From UHGV virus genome UHGV-1374526: a stretch of DNA of 64,000 nucleotides. One strand, given 5' to 3'. Source of the DNA: a virus. Shown piece by piece: positions 37,272 through 46,102 of the stretch. The first letter of the stretch is position 1; every line of letters starts with the position of its first letter. Position numbers and translations under genes: made by a program. Below the pieces are notes generated by a model. It searched no databases and was not told where the DNA came from. It saw nothing but the letters and a program-made list of their open reading frames with translations.

Positions 37272-37526
37272 ATGAAGAAGACCAACGATATTAGTATTGT
37301 AGATAATAAGAGAGTAGGAATCCTCAAGGTGAAATATGATGGAGATACCTTTGCCATCTTTAACTATTGTCGGGAGGGAGACGAGAAGGAACAGTGTTAT
37401 CCCACGCGCGAAAGGGCTATAGAAATGGCGAAGATGGTTGCTCGCCATCTCATCCACGCGAATCCCGTTATGACAGAAAGGGGCATTGACCTTTACCCGA
37501 CAGACTGTACAATCCAAGACGAATAA
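37272..37526 (+). CDS. Small-protein paralog family, member 1 (divergent)
   Basis: Shares the ...F.YC.....G...T...A.K.A..I... core with members 2-6. Confidence 0.45.
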   Translation: MKKTNDISIVDNKRVGILKVKYDGDTFAIFNYCREGDEKEQCYPTRERAIEMAKMVARHLIHANPVMTERGIDLYPTDCTIQDE

Positions 37527-37529
37527 ACC

Positions 37530-37769
37530 ATGAACGACAAAGTAGCTATTTTAGAAGACAAAGGATTTGGATTCTTCCGAGTAACTCACTGTGGAAGTGT
37601 CATTGCAGATTTTCTTTACTGCACAGGCTCTGGTGAACAAGGATATATGACACGAGATTCCGCAAAGAAACTGGCAACGAAGATTGCCCGCTACGTAGTT
37701 AGCAGAGGGACAGTTTGTACCATCGAGGGAGTATCACTTAACCAAATCATTTTCAACATCGATGACTGA
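37530..37769 (+). CDS. Small-protein paralog family, member 2
   Basis: GFFRVTHCGSVIADFLYCTGSGEQGYMTRDSAKKLATKIARYV. Confidence 0.5.
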   Translation: MNDKVAILEDKGFGFFRVTHCGSVIADFLYCTGSGEQGYMTRDSAKKLATKIARYVVSRGTVCTIEGVSLNQIIFNIDD

Positions 37770-37998
37770 CACTCTAAATATTACCACCATAGATGACCCC
37801 GATATCGGGTTTTTCTGGGTCCTGCTTGAAAACTGTTGCGTTGCCACCTTTTACTATTGCGTGAAAGATGATAGTGGCTTCTTCACCAAGGAGCAAGCTA
37901 AGAAACTAGCCAACAAGCTCGCCCGCAAAATTGAGAAGAGCATGATTATCGAAACCGAAAAGGGAATCAAATTGGAAAGGAACAACATCAATGAATAA
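37762..37998 (+). CDS. Small-protein paralog family, member 3
   Basis: GFFWVLLENCCVATFYYCVKDDSGFFTKEQAKKLANKLARKIEKS. Its start overlaps the previous stop. Confidence 0.5.
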   Translation: MTDTLNITTIDDPDIGFFWVLLENCCVATFYYCVKDDSGFFTKEQAKKLANKLARKIEKSMIIETEKGIKLERNNINE

Positions 37999-38227
37999 CG
38001 ATTCAGATACCCGTGTTTATGACATCCCTACTAGCGGAATGTTCCGCGTCAGGCACAGAGGAAGTTGCGTCGCCGTTTTCAACTATTGCGTGGCAGATGA
38101 AAGCGGCTTCTTCACCAAGAAGCAAGCTAAGAAACTAGCCATCAAGTTCGCCCGCAAAATTGAGAAGAGCACGGTCATAGAAACAAAGATGGGAATCAAA
38201 CTTAAAAGGAACAATACTAATGACTGA
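37991..38227 (+). CDS. Small-protein paralog family, member 4
   Basis: GMFRVRHRGSCVAVFNYCVADESGFFTKKQAKKLAIKFARKIEKS. Its start overlaps the previous stop. Confidence 0.5.
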   Translation: MNNDSDTRVYDIPTSGMFRVRHRGSCVAVFNYCVADESGFFTKKQAKKLAIKFARKIEKSTVIETKMGIKLKRNNTND

Positions 38228-38468
38228 CACTCTAAATATTACCACCGTAGATGACCCCATTGCCGGATTTTTCCGGGTCATGCTTGAAAACTGTTGCGTT
38301 GCCGCCTTTTACTATTGCACGGAAGGCGAGGAAGGACATTTCACCAAGAAGCAAGCCAAGAAGCTGACCGAGAAGCTAGTCCGCAAAATTGAAAATAGTA
38401 CGACCATCAAAACCAAAAAAGGATTCAAACTACTTAAACCGAAAGGGAACGACAATGACCAACGATAA
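38220..38468 (+). CDS. Small-protein paralog family, member 5
   Basis: GFFRVMLENCCVAAFYYCTEGEEGHFTKKQAKKLTEKLVRKIENS. It is nearly identical to member 3 at the N-terminus. Confidence 0.5.
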   Translation: MTDTLNITTVDDPIAGFFRVMLENCCVAAFYYCTEGEEGHFTKKQAKKLTEKLVRKIENSTTIKTKKGFKLLKPKGNDNDQR

Positions 38469-38712
38469 GTATCTGCTGGAAACCTTCTTAATGGAATACC
38501 CGCGAGCAGGAATCATTGCGGTGATTCATCGAAACTACCGTATTGCCATGTTCCCCTATCACAGGAGCGAGGATGAGAAGGGACTTCCGACAAGGGACTG
38601 CGCCCTCAACATGGCAATCGAACTTCGTGACAAGATTAAGAAATGCACGACGGAAGAATCCGACACGGGGATTACCTTCGTCGAAAAGGAACAACCAATC
38701 TTCAATGACTAA
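38455..38712 (+). CDS. Small-protein paralog family, member 6 (divergent)
   Basis: The start was moved to the internal ATG (MTNDKYLLETF...). IAVIHRNYRIAMFPYHRSEDEKGLPTRDCALNMAIELRDKIKK fits the family pattern. Confidence 0.4.
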   Translation: MTNDKYLLETFLMEYPRAGIIAVIHRNYRIAMFPYHRSEDEKGLPTRDCALNMAIELRDKIKKCTTEESDTGITFVEKEQPIFND

Positions 38713-39136
38713 CAAACGCAAATTCAAAAAGGGAGACCTTGTTCGGTTCATCAACACAGGAAGGCATCCAGAAATACGTGAGAGTTTAGCGGAGGGTTCC
38801 CTAGTATACGTCCAAGAAGAGGAAGGTATGGACCGTCGCATCCTTGTCAAGACCGGGGATGGGACACATAAGCGGTTCCCCTTCTATGAGTTTGAGCTAG
38901 TGGAAGAGACCAAACATGAAGTCTTCGTCCGATACACACGGGACGAGGCTATCATCCTCTTCAACTATCAGCCCGTTCTCCGCATACCTACCAGATATAA
39001 GCTGGGCGACCAAGAGGTCGATATGTGCTGGGAAGTAGAGGGCTGGGCCAAGTGTATTGTTGAAGACCTCAACGAGCATGTCATGTTGCCAGATATAGAC
39101 AAAACCAAAAACGAAAATGGAACTGGGAAAGTATAA
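38543..39136 (+). CDS. Hypothetical protein; N-terminus paralogous to the next gene
   Basis: KFKKGDLVRFINTGRHPE compared with RFKCGDVVLRIDTGRCGM in 39117-39572. It overlaps member 6 in another frame, so its boundaries are uncertain. Confidence 0.3.
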   Translation: MPCSPITGARMRRDFRQGTAPSTWQSNFVTRLRNARRKNPTRGLPSSKRNNQSSMTNKRKFKKGDLVRFINTGRHPEIRESLAEGSLVYVQEEEGMDRRILVKTGDGTHKRFPFYEFELVEETKHEVFVRYTRDEAIILFNYQPVLRIPTRYKLGDQEVDMCWEVEGWAKCIVEDLNEHVMLPDIDKTKNENGTGKV

Positions 39137-39572
39137 GAACAGATTTAAGTGCGGCGACGTTGTTCTTCGGATAGATACGGGAAGATGTGGCATGTGTGGG
39201 GATAGCATCCCAACAGGGTCTATCCTCCGGGTAATGTCCGACGAGGATGTTGCTGGTGTCGTTCGTGTCCAATATCCCCAAGCGAATGATGAAGACGAAG
39301 AGATACAGGATGTTATGTGGTACGAAATCGACCACTTACCCGCGAAAGCCAAGGTAGAAGAATTCTCGGATGCCGTGAGGGTGTCCATGAATGGGAACGC
39401 TATTGCCACCATTCTCACGGACATTGCCACCCCATTGGGCACTCTTCATTTCGAAAGCTGGGCCAGAGAAATTGCCCAGTCGATGGCGAACATTATTAAC
39501 CTTCAAATCTCATTGGGGAAGCTAACCTCGGATGGAATCAAAGTAGAAAAAACTAATGACAAGGAAAGATAA
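39117..39572 (+). CDS. Hypothetical protein (paralogous N-terminus)
   Basis: See 38543-39136. Confidence 0.35.
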   Translation: MELGKYKNRFKCGDVVLRIDTGRCGMCGDSIPTGSILRVMSDEDVAGVVRVQYPQANDEDEEIQDVMWYEIDHLPAKAKVEEFSDAVRVSMNGNAIATILTDIATPLGTLHFESWAREIAQSMANIINLQISLGKLTSDGIKVEKTNDKER

Positions 39573-40323
39573 GATAAAGGAAATACAGAAGTGGGCGGGA
39601 ACTACGCCCGATGGCATCCTTGGTGATAAGACCATTGATGCTATATGGAAGAAGATACAACCCACGGAATCCACGGTTCCCGATGAACAACCCAACGATT
39701 CCCCGGAATCCGCGGGTCCCGCGGCATACGTGTCTCCGGCAGAGCTTGTCCGCAAGGGCATGGCTAAGAAGATTCTCAACATGGAGGACTACAAGATTAC
39801 AGGTCCCGATTCTCTGCGCGTAACTCGCCTCCCCTCCGGTGACGGCGGTGGCAAGTGGGAGATTGCAGGTATCTGTGATGGGATTGAACCCAAGGAATTC
39901 AATCTAATCAAATCCATGATGGACCGGGGCGACAGGGATGCGGCATGGGAGGAATGCCTCCGCTATGTTCTCGCCAATACGGAACCGTTGGTTGCCAAGG
40001 GAGTTGCAGGATGCTACGCCATTGAGTTCATGCTTCGTGACATGACCTTCAACATGGGTGTGGCGGGAACGACTAAGGTCGTCCAGCGCATGCTCGACAT
40101 TGATATTGATGGCAAGTGGGGGAAAAATACTCAAGCCAAATGGACAGACGCCATTCAATCATGGGATGAAAAGGAAGTTCTCGATTCGCTGGACCGCGCT
40201 TGTCGTGCCCGCTATTGCTCCATTGTAAGAGCCAATCCGGTGAAGGCGAAGTTCCTTACGGGCTGGTCCAACCGATGCAATGCACGGCTTGCCTACGCTC
40301 TTACTCTGTTGTCAAGGAAATAA
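39556..40323 (+). CDS. Putative endolysin / peptidoglycan-binding hydrolase
   Basis: There are two PG_binding_1-like segments (IQKWAGTTPDGILGDKTIDAIWKKIQ and IDIDGKWGKNTQAKWTDAIQ). The central domain is unassigned. It is followed by small membrane and coiled-coil genes. Confidence 0.4.
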   Translation: MTRKDKIKEIQKWAGTTPDGILGDKTIDAIWKKIQPTESTVPDEQPNDSPESAGPAAYVSPAELVRKGMAKKILNMEDYKITGPDSLRVTRLPSGDGGGKWEIAGICDGIEPKEFNLIKSMMDRGDRDAAWEECLRYVLANTEPLVAKGVAGCYAIEFMLRDMTFNMGVAGTTKVVQRMLDIDIDGKWGKNTQAKWTDAIQSWDEKEVLDSLDRACRARYCSIVRANPVKAKFLTGWSNRCNARLAYALTLLSRK

Positions 40324-40335
40324 TCGGGAATTTTC

Positions 40336-40364
40336 TTGACCCATTAAATCCCAAATGCTAACAT
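40336..40364 (+). promoter_or_regulatory. Sigma70-type promoter TTGACC-N17-TAACAT overlapped by a 9-bp inverted repeat ACATGGCGG...CCGCCATGT that includes the ATG at 40390
   Basis: Direct reading. Confidence 0.45.
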
Positions 40365-40389
40365 GGCGGTGAGGTAATTCCTTGCCGCC

Positions 40390-40743
40390 ATGTTTAATTT
40401 CATCGCACAGCTTAATGCTACTGACGGCAACGTGTGGGCATTGTTTCTCACTCGTATCGTCGATGAAATGTCCCCCGCGTATCTCGTATTCGTGGGGGTT
40501 ATTTACGTGGCAGTAAAGCTGGCATATAAGTACCTCTCAAAAAAGATAGAGTTTAGTCTTGATAAGGAGAAGTCATTTCTCATACTATTGCAAGAAGCTC
40601 TAAGAGTTATATCCGAGTTGGATGATTCTCTAGACCAACTACATGGAAAAATAGACAATCTACGAAGCGACCATGAAGAGATAATCGACCGCGCCTTCTG
40701 CGCTATCTCGCAACAAGATACACACCCCCTCCGACAGAAATGA
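40390..40743 (+). CDS. Holin-like small membrane protein
   Basis: It has a single TM helix (AYLVFVGVIYVAVKLAY) and a charged C-terminal region. It sits next to the putative endolysin. Confidence 0.35.
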   Translation: MFNFIAQLNATDGNVWALFLTRIVDEMSPAYLVFVGVIYVAVKLAYKYLSKKIEFSLDKEKSFLILLQEALRVISELDDSLDQLHGKIDNLRSDHEEIIDRAFCAISQQDTHPLRQK

Positions 40744-41252
40744 AACTATTCAATCTGTTCCGAAAAAGCCACGAGCAGGAACAACTCGAAAACGAGTTGA
40801 CCCAGAATCTTAATCAATTACAGGAAAGCATCCGTGCGTGTACTGAAAAACTCCGCTCAAGGAATCGGTTCTATGCCTCCCTTCCTATTGGTCGCGAGGG
40901 TGAGCTGAAACTGCCCAGAAACCAATGGGCCTATTTTTTACGGGGGAAAGTAGGAATTCGTTATGACGGAGAAACCCTTACCTCTTCGGTTACACAGGTT
41001 AAAACTCGTGAAGAAGTTCAACTGCCAAGAATTATTGACGCGGAGAGAAGTCATAAATTACTTGTCATACGAGGATATGTTATTGACAGGAGAACAAACC
41101 GCACCTATTATCAGGGCGAGACAGTAAGTTTTCAGCGGGGAGAACCAATGCAATTAACGTTGAACGGGCATATTAGCATGATGTGGACACCCCCGCTTCC
41201 CGATGCAATTATGCCGTTCTATCAAACCAATATACATGGCCTTGATTCCTAA
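40740..41252 (+). CDS. Hypothetical coiled-coil protein (spanin-like by position)
   Basis: The N-terminus is heptad-like (EQEQLENELTQNLNQLQESIRACTEKL). The start overlaps the previous stop. Confidence 0.3.
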   Translation: MKLFNLFRKSHEQEQLENELTQNLNQLQESIRACTEKLRSRNRFYASLPIGREGELKLPRNQWAYFLRGKVGIRYDGETLTSSVTQVKTREEVQLPRIIDAERSHKLLVIRGYVIDRRTNRTYYQGETVSFQRGEPMQLTLNGHISMMWTPPLPDAIMPFYQTNIHGLDS

Positions 41253-44118
41253 CACTCCGGCCTCCAACCCACAGCCTCCGACGATACCCATTGGAACCAC
41301 GGATTCCTCGTGGCGCAATGGGTTCAGTCCTGACAGGCCAATGGGTGAGCCGATAATTAACTTTCCCACTCCTGTGGTAAAGAACGTGATGTTCTTCGTT
41401 GAGAGGATTGCCAAGAATCCCAGCGAGATTACCATTGAATTGGGAACGCCGTTCGTACCCACCGCAGGTACGACCTTCCTCCCGTTTATGCGGGATGCAG
41501 TTCTCGTGCATGTCGAACCCGTCAATGAGGCGGCGAGACAGCACGTTTATCGTTTCTACTACATGGTCCCGCCGGAACAGCAGTTCCGATATAACATTCA
41601 GGACATGAAGAAAATCCGTGACGGCTATACGTTGAAAGATACTGCCGCTACGGGTAAGTTCATGGGTCCGGATGCAGACACGGAAGAGTTGAAGGACTTC
41701 TACGAGATTACACGGGAATGGGTGGAACCCACGGATTCCGCGTATGCCCCGCTCCCCCTTGGCTCGTTTGACCCCAGCAACGAAAAGCTTGACCCTGACT
41801 TCTATGACCAGCATTTCTACACGGCATACGATGCCCAGCTGGTATATGAAGAAGTAGCCCAGTTCGAAGAGGAACACCTGCGCAAGTACTTTCGTAAGGT
41901 CATCCGTGTGTATAAAACCCTGCCGGGACCTGTGGTTAAAGAGTTCGTCCCTTATAACATTTGGCAGAAGGGAGATACGGTGTGGGATGAAGGTGGTCCG
42001 GGAACGAACCAGCCCGAATCTGAATGGGTGGCGCAGCCTGCAATTAAGTTATCAAGAGAGGTCTGGGCCGCGCCGCTTTGGCCCGTCGATGGTGGAGGGA
42101 AGGAACCGGGTCAGGCCCGCATTCCTCACATGCCCCTCCTTGAACTGGACAATAAGCCCGTTAGTGCTGGCTGGGACAAGGGCAGTTATCCGAGTACGCA
42201 GATGTACACCCTTGTATCTATGTACAAACGGAACAGTAACATTGCGGAGAAAGAGGAACAGAACAGCCTCTCCGGTAATTGTTGTAACCCTGATTCCCGT
42301 TTTGTCCGGTGCATCAACACAACCGTGACGACTAGCCAGTCCGTTGACTGGACAGCAAACGGCGATGTCCCGGCGATTGACCCCCCGGACCCCAGCGAGA
42401 ACTGTAGCCAATGGCGTGTAGATTCCTCTGTGGTAGTACATGAAGGGTACTCTCATAAGGAAACGCGAAAGAGTTGCACCACCTACGACCAGATTGATGA
42501 ATTCTGGGAATCCTCATTCGATAGGATAACCAATCAGGTCTATCCTGTACTGCGGAAGATTGTACATAATCCGAGCACTGACTTCGATACTGATTGGCAG
42601 AATGAAGGATTCACCAAATACACGGATGCCGTGGGCAATACCTACTATGGCCGTAAACTGGAATCCCCGGAATCCGTGGCTCCCATTACTATCCCGGACT
42701 CCGCTTGGGAGAAGATAGGCTACAACCTTGCGGACTTCACCGTAGAAGAGGAACCGACGTTTAATACCAAGATGCTCACCGGACTGTCCATGATTAACGG
42801 ATGGAACGACCCAGCCTATCCCCAGTTCTCTGACTACTTCGCTATGCTTGGTAGCTTCACCTCCGACAATAAGGGAGTCCCACGTGGTTCTCTCTACAAC
42901 GTCCGGTTTAAGGGTCAACGCTGGTGGCAACTCTGGATTCAAAACGAGATGCCCACAGAAATGTCTCCCGGAACTATCACCGCCACTCCCTTCTATCATG
43001 CTCCCAATCCTGACGGCCCTTGGTTCTCACAGGATGGGGTTTATAAGGTAAGGGGCGAAATGATGATTAACGATGTCCTCTATGGCGAGGGAGTTACGAG
43101 CAATGTCTGGACATTCCCCGTAGGTTTCATGGATGGTACGCAGATATATAAGCGGAAGGCCTATAACCCTGAAATGAAATTTACCACAGGGGCATTACCT
43201 ACAGGTATTGGGAAGGCGTTCACCACGGTGGAGAACGGAGAATTACTTCTCACCTGCTGGGTACTGAACAGCAATAAGGTTGCCATCAATGGGGAGATTC
43301 CCATCATGATGAATAGTACGAAGATATTCGACATCAATGTATCTAGCTCTGATGCTCCCAGTACCACGCCGGAACCGAACATAAGCACAACTACCGTGGC
43401 TAAGGCAAAGTATACCGTTGGCAATTATGTATTAGACGCGCAGGTAGTGAATAACCTCAACATCACTTACAACCGGAATAAGTTCCCATTCTTCCAATTC
43501 ACCATCACGCTCTGCTCTCTCCGCGGCAATACGTTCAAGGTCACGCAGGGGGATAAGATTCAACGCGTCGTCCTGCGCCAATGGGTGAACCCCTGTTACG
43601 CCGTAGATAGTTACATGCAGATTCCGGGAATCGGGTACTACAAAAAATATACCACGACGATGAACTACAGTTTCCCTGCCGTGTTCGGTTCGGTTAGTTG
43701 GGTTCCGTGGAATACGAGGCCCGACCTTTCTGGCAAGAATGCTGGACAGTACTTCCCGCAGACCCGGATGATGAGGGACAGTTACTCCGGCCCCTGCACC
43801 GCCGTGGTAGAGGAAGCCTTCTCCCCTGACGGAACATGGCCTAAAGGCTGGGGCCTTGGGACGTCGGTACAGTTCACGACGAACAGTGGATATTTCTCTT
43901 CACCGCTTTGCGATTACCGTCTGCCCGCATGCCTCCACGGCCCGCTGGCTATAACCGTAGTCATTGGCAATCAGGACGCCAAGTGGCTTCCCGGCGCGTT
44001 TAATACGGCCTTTCCGGGGACTACCCACACAGATTGGAAACCCGTGACCTCCTATTACGCATCCCCGTGGAACGGGGGCATGATGTGCAAGAAAGTAACC
44101 ATTTATCCACCCAGTTAA
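41236..44118 (+). CDS. Large virion structural protein (tail/adaptor-like)
   Basis: It is ~960 aa, rich in W/Y/N/T, and sits before the ejection-protein cluster. The start was moved to the internal ATG at 41236. Confidence 0.4.
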   Translation: MALIPNTPASNPQPPTIPIGTTDSSWRNGFSPDRPMGEPIINFPTPVVKNVMFFVERIAKNPSEITIELGTPFVPTAGTTFLPFMRDAVLVHVEPVNEAARQHVYRFYYMVPPEQQFRYNIQDMKKIRDGYTLKDTAATGKFMGPDADTEELKDFYEITREWVEPTDSAYAPLPLGSFDPSNEKLDPDFYDQHFYTAYDAQLVYEEVAQFEEEHLRKYFRKVIRVYKTLPGPVVKEFVPYNIWQKGDTVWDEGGPGTNQPESEWVAQPAIKLSREVWAAPLWPVDGGGKEPGQARIPHMPLLELDNKPVSAGWDKGSYPSTQMYTLVSMYKRNSNIAEKEEQNSLSGNCCNPDSRFVRCINTTVTTSQSVDWTANGDVPAIDPPDPSENCSQWRVDSSVVVHEGYSHKETRKSCTTYDQIDEFWESSFDRITNQVYPVLRKIVHNPSTDFDTDWQNEGFTKYTDAVGNTYYGRKLESPESVAPITIPDSAWEKIGYNLADFTVEEEPTFNTKMLTGLSMINGWNDPAYPQFSDYFAMLGSFTSDNKGVPRGSLYNVRFKGQRWWQLWIQNEMPTEMSPGTITATPFYHAPNPDGPWFSQDGVYKVRGEMMINDVLYGEGVTSNVWTFPVGFMDGTQIYKRKAYNPEMKFTTGALPTGIGKAFTTVENGELLLTCWVLNSNKVAINGEIPIMMNSTKIFDINVSSSDAPSTTPEPNISTTTVAKAKYTVGNYVLDAQVVNNLNITYNRNKFPFFQFTITLCSLRGNTFKVTQGDKIQRVVLRQWVNPCYAVDSYMQIPGIGYYKKYTTTMNYSFPAVFGSVSWVPWNTRPDLSGKNAGQYFPQTRMMRDSYSGPCTAVVEEAFSPDGTWPKGWGLGTSVQFTTNSGYFSSPLCDYRLPACLHGPLAITVVIGNQDAKWLPGAFNTAFPGTTHTDWKPVTSYYASPWNGGMMCKKVTIYPPS

Positions 44119-44122
44119 GCTC

Positions 44123-44866
44123 ATGGCATTTATTACCAAATCCTATTTGACCTATCGCAATGTTTGTGACGAGCTTTGTATGCTTATCACAAACCAGCCG
44201 CCATCCAAGTCCAATGTTGACTTCCGTCGTATATTGAAGGAAGCGCAGAACCTCCTGCTCAATGAGGCCACGGTATCTCCGGATTCCGTGGAAACCTTGG
44301 ACTTTGAAGGAATCCCTCGCGGGGGTTCTATCTCCCTGCCCGAAGAGTATGATAGTATTGTCGAGGCATGGACACCTAGTGGCAAGAAATACAACATCAT
44401 TGACCGGGCCATGTTCGAAAGCAACACTTGGTTCCGTTCCGAATATCCCAAGCACGACAGCGGTTATCATGCTATCATGCTGGACATGGGACTGAATGAA
44501 CAGAACCTCCGTACCTACTCGGTATTGTCTGGCAGTAACGGCATCAACGATAATCCTACGAGCAACGTCATGACGGTTTCGGCACGGTGCGCATTGCGCG
44601 GCCTGTCCCTTAACATTTATGACGACGCGGCATGGGAGGACAAGGAGGTTCGTATCTACCCCGGATGTCTTCCCGCATTGAAGGCGATGATGCTGGCCGT
44701 GGTCTATAACGAGCAGGGCAATACCCAAATGGGGACGGACAGCTACGGCCTTGCCGTCAAATACCTGAACGACCACCTGCGCAAATATCGTCAGGGCACA
44801 TATCAGGCTCCGAACATTATTCAGAACGGCGGCATCATGCAGTGCCCCGGACTTAACCTCATGTAA
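44123..44866 (+). CDS. Putative virion protein
   Basis: A 247-aa ORF in the structural gene train. Confidence 0.4.
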   Translation: MAFITKSYLTYRNVCDELCMLITNQPPSKSNVDFRRILKEAQNLLLNEATVSPDSVETLDFEGIPRGGSISLPEEYDSIVEAWTPSGKKYNIIDRAMFESNTWFRSEYPKHDSGYHAIMLDMGLNEQNLRTYSVLSGSNGINDNPTSNVMTVSARCALRGLSLNIYDDAAWEDKEVRIYPGCLPALKAMMLAVVYNEQGNTQMGTDSYGLAVKYLNDHLRKYRQGTYQAPNIIQNGGIMQCPGLNLM

Positions 44867-44868
44867 TT

Positions 44869-45999
44869 ATGGCAACCAAACGTACAGACATATCGAGCGA
44901 GACGAAAGCGAGCGGGGGCATCCCCGCCGCCAAGTCCATTAAGCAGAAGACGATGGACGAGGTGCTTCCGAAGACGAACCCTGACATCCCTCTCCGTCCA
45001 ATGAATAACAACGACCCGAACAAACCCGTCGACGCGAAGGAGATGAACACCATCGCCGCGGCCAATAGTAACCACGGCATCAAGAATCCCCCGGCATCCG
45101 CGGCTCCCGCGGCGGCCCAGTCTCCTAGTCCTTACGGGCGGGGGATTACTGAACCAGCAGTGCCGGGAGCGGTTGACCCTAACAGCGCGGCCTACGCCGC
45201 CCAGCAACGGGCAACCTATGCGGCGGGCATGCAACAAGCCGCGGCGGGGAAACTCTCTGCGGAGGACAGGCTCATGCTTCGTGGCGTGGACCAGAACATA
45301 AGCCGGGGGCAGATGCCCACCATATCTCCGGCTATGCCGACGCAAGCGACGGCTACACCCCGGCAAGCGACGGCTACCGCTCCAACCGCTAGCCCCGACA
45401 CCTCCACGGCTGGGTTCTATGCGCATGCGGAGAAGATGCTTGGCCCGGATAAGTTCAAGACATTTATGTCCATGCCGGAAGCGCAGAGGAACGCGATATA
45501 TAGCAAGTTTGTAGAGAGCCGGACCAAGAACGCGCCCGCCGCGGGAGCTACCGCGGGGGCTACCGCGGGAACCACTGCCGCCCCCTCTGGCTCTAGGTTC
45601 CCCGCCTCTGCTCTCCCCTCTGGCAATGCTCCCGTACCCACGAGCGTCCCGACGACTGCGGGTACTGGAACTGCCGAGAGTATGCTACGAACCTTGAGGG
45701 ATGATACGGCAAGCCCCGAAGCAAGAGCACAGGCGCAAACATACCTCCGCGTCCGAACCATGTACGCCCAGCCGGAAAAGTTTGGTAAGGAGATTAAGAC
45801 CCTCGAAAAATTGGAACGCGCCAAAATAAAGGAACTTAGCAACATGTTCAGGAATAGATTGAATATCCGGGACCCCCGCTTCGCCCGCCAGTACGCCCAG
45901 TATCAGGCCCTGCGGAAGAAAGACCCGCAAGCGAAGCTCACCCTCTACACTGAACTGATGAAGGGACCGGAGTTCACTCACTTGGACTTCCGAAAATAA
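44869..45999 (+). CDS. Ala/Pro/Thr-rich low-complexity protein (internal-virion-protein-like)
   Basis: Long A/P/T/S tracts, with a structured C-terminus. Confidence 0.4.
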   Translation: MATKRTDISSETKASGGIPAAKSIKQKTMDEVLPKTNPDIPLRPMNNNDPNKPVDAKEMNTIAAANSNHGIKNPPASAAPAAAQSPSPYGRGITEPAVPGAVDPNSAAYAAQQRATYAAGMQQAAAGKLSAEDRLMLRGVDQNISRGQMPTISPAMPTQATATPRQATATAPTASPDTSTAGFYAHAEKMLGPDKFKTFMSMPEAQRNAIYSKFVESRTKNAPAAGATAGATAGTTAAPSGSRFPASALPSGNAPVPTSVPTTAGTGTAESMLRTLRDDTASPEARAQAQTYLRVRTMYAQPEKFGKEIKTLEKLERAKIKELSNMFRNRLNIRDPRFARQYAQYQALRKKDPQAKLTLYTELMKGPEFTHLDFRK

Positions 46000-46030
46000 A
46001 TTTGACATAATACATATTTCACTTGACCCT

Positions 46031-46073
46031 CGCCCCACTCATGATAGGATGTTGAAGACCCACATGAGTGGGG
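46031..46073. promoter_or_regulatory. Perfect 12-bp inverted repeat GCCCCACTCATG-N19-CATGAGTGGGGC upstream of the giant gene
   Basis: Direct reading. There is no adjacent T-run, so it is not a classic terminator. TTGACA/TTGACC hexamers at 46002-46028 lack a convincing -10. Confidence 0.5.
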
Positions 46074-46102
46074 CAAACTTATTATACTAATACTCAACAA
46101 AC

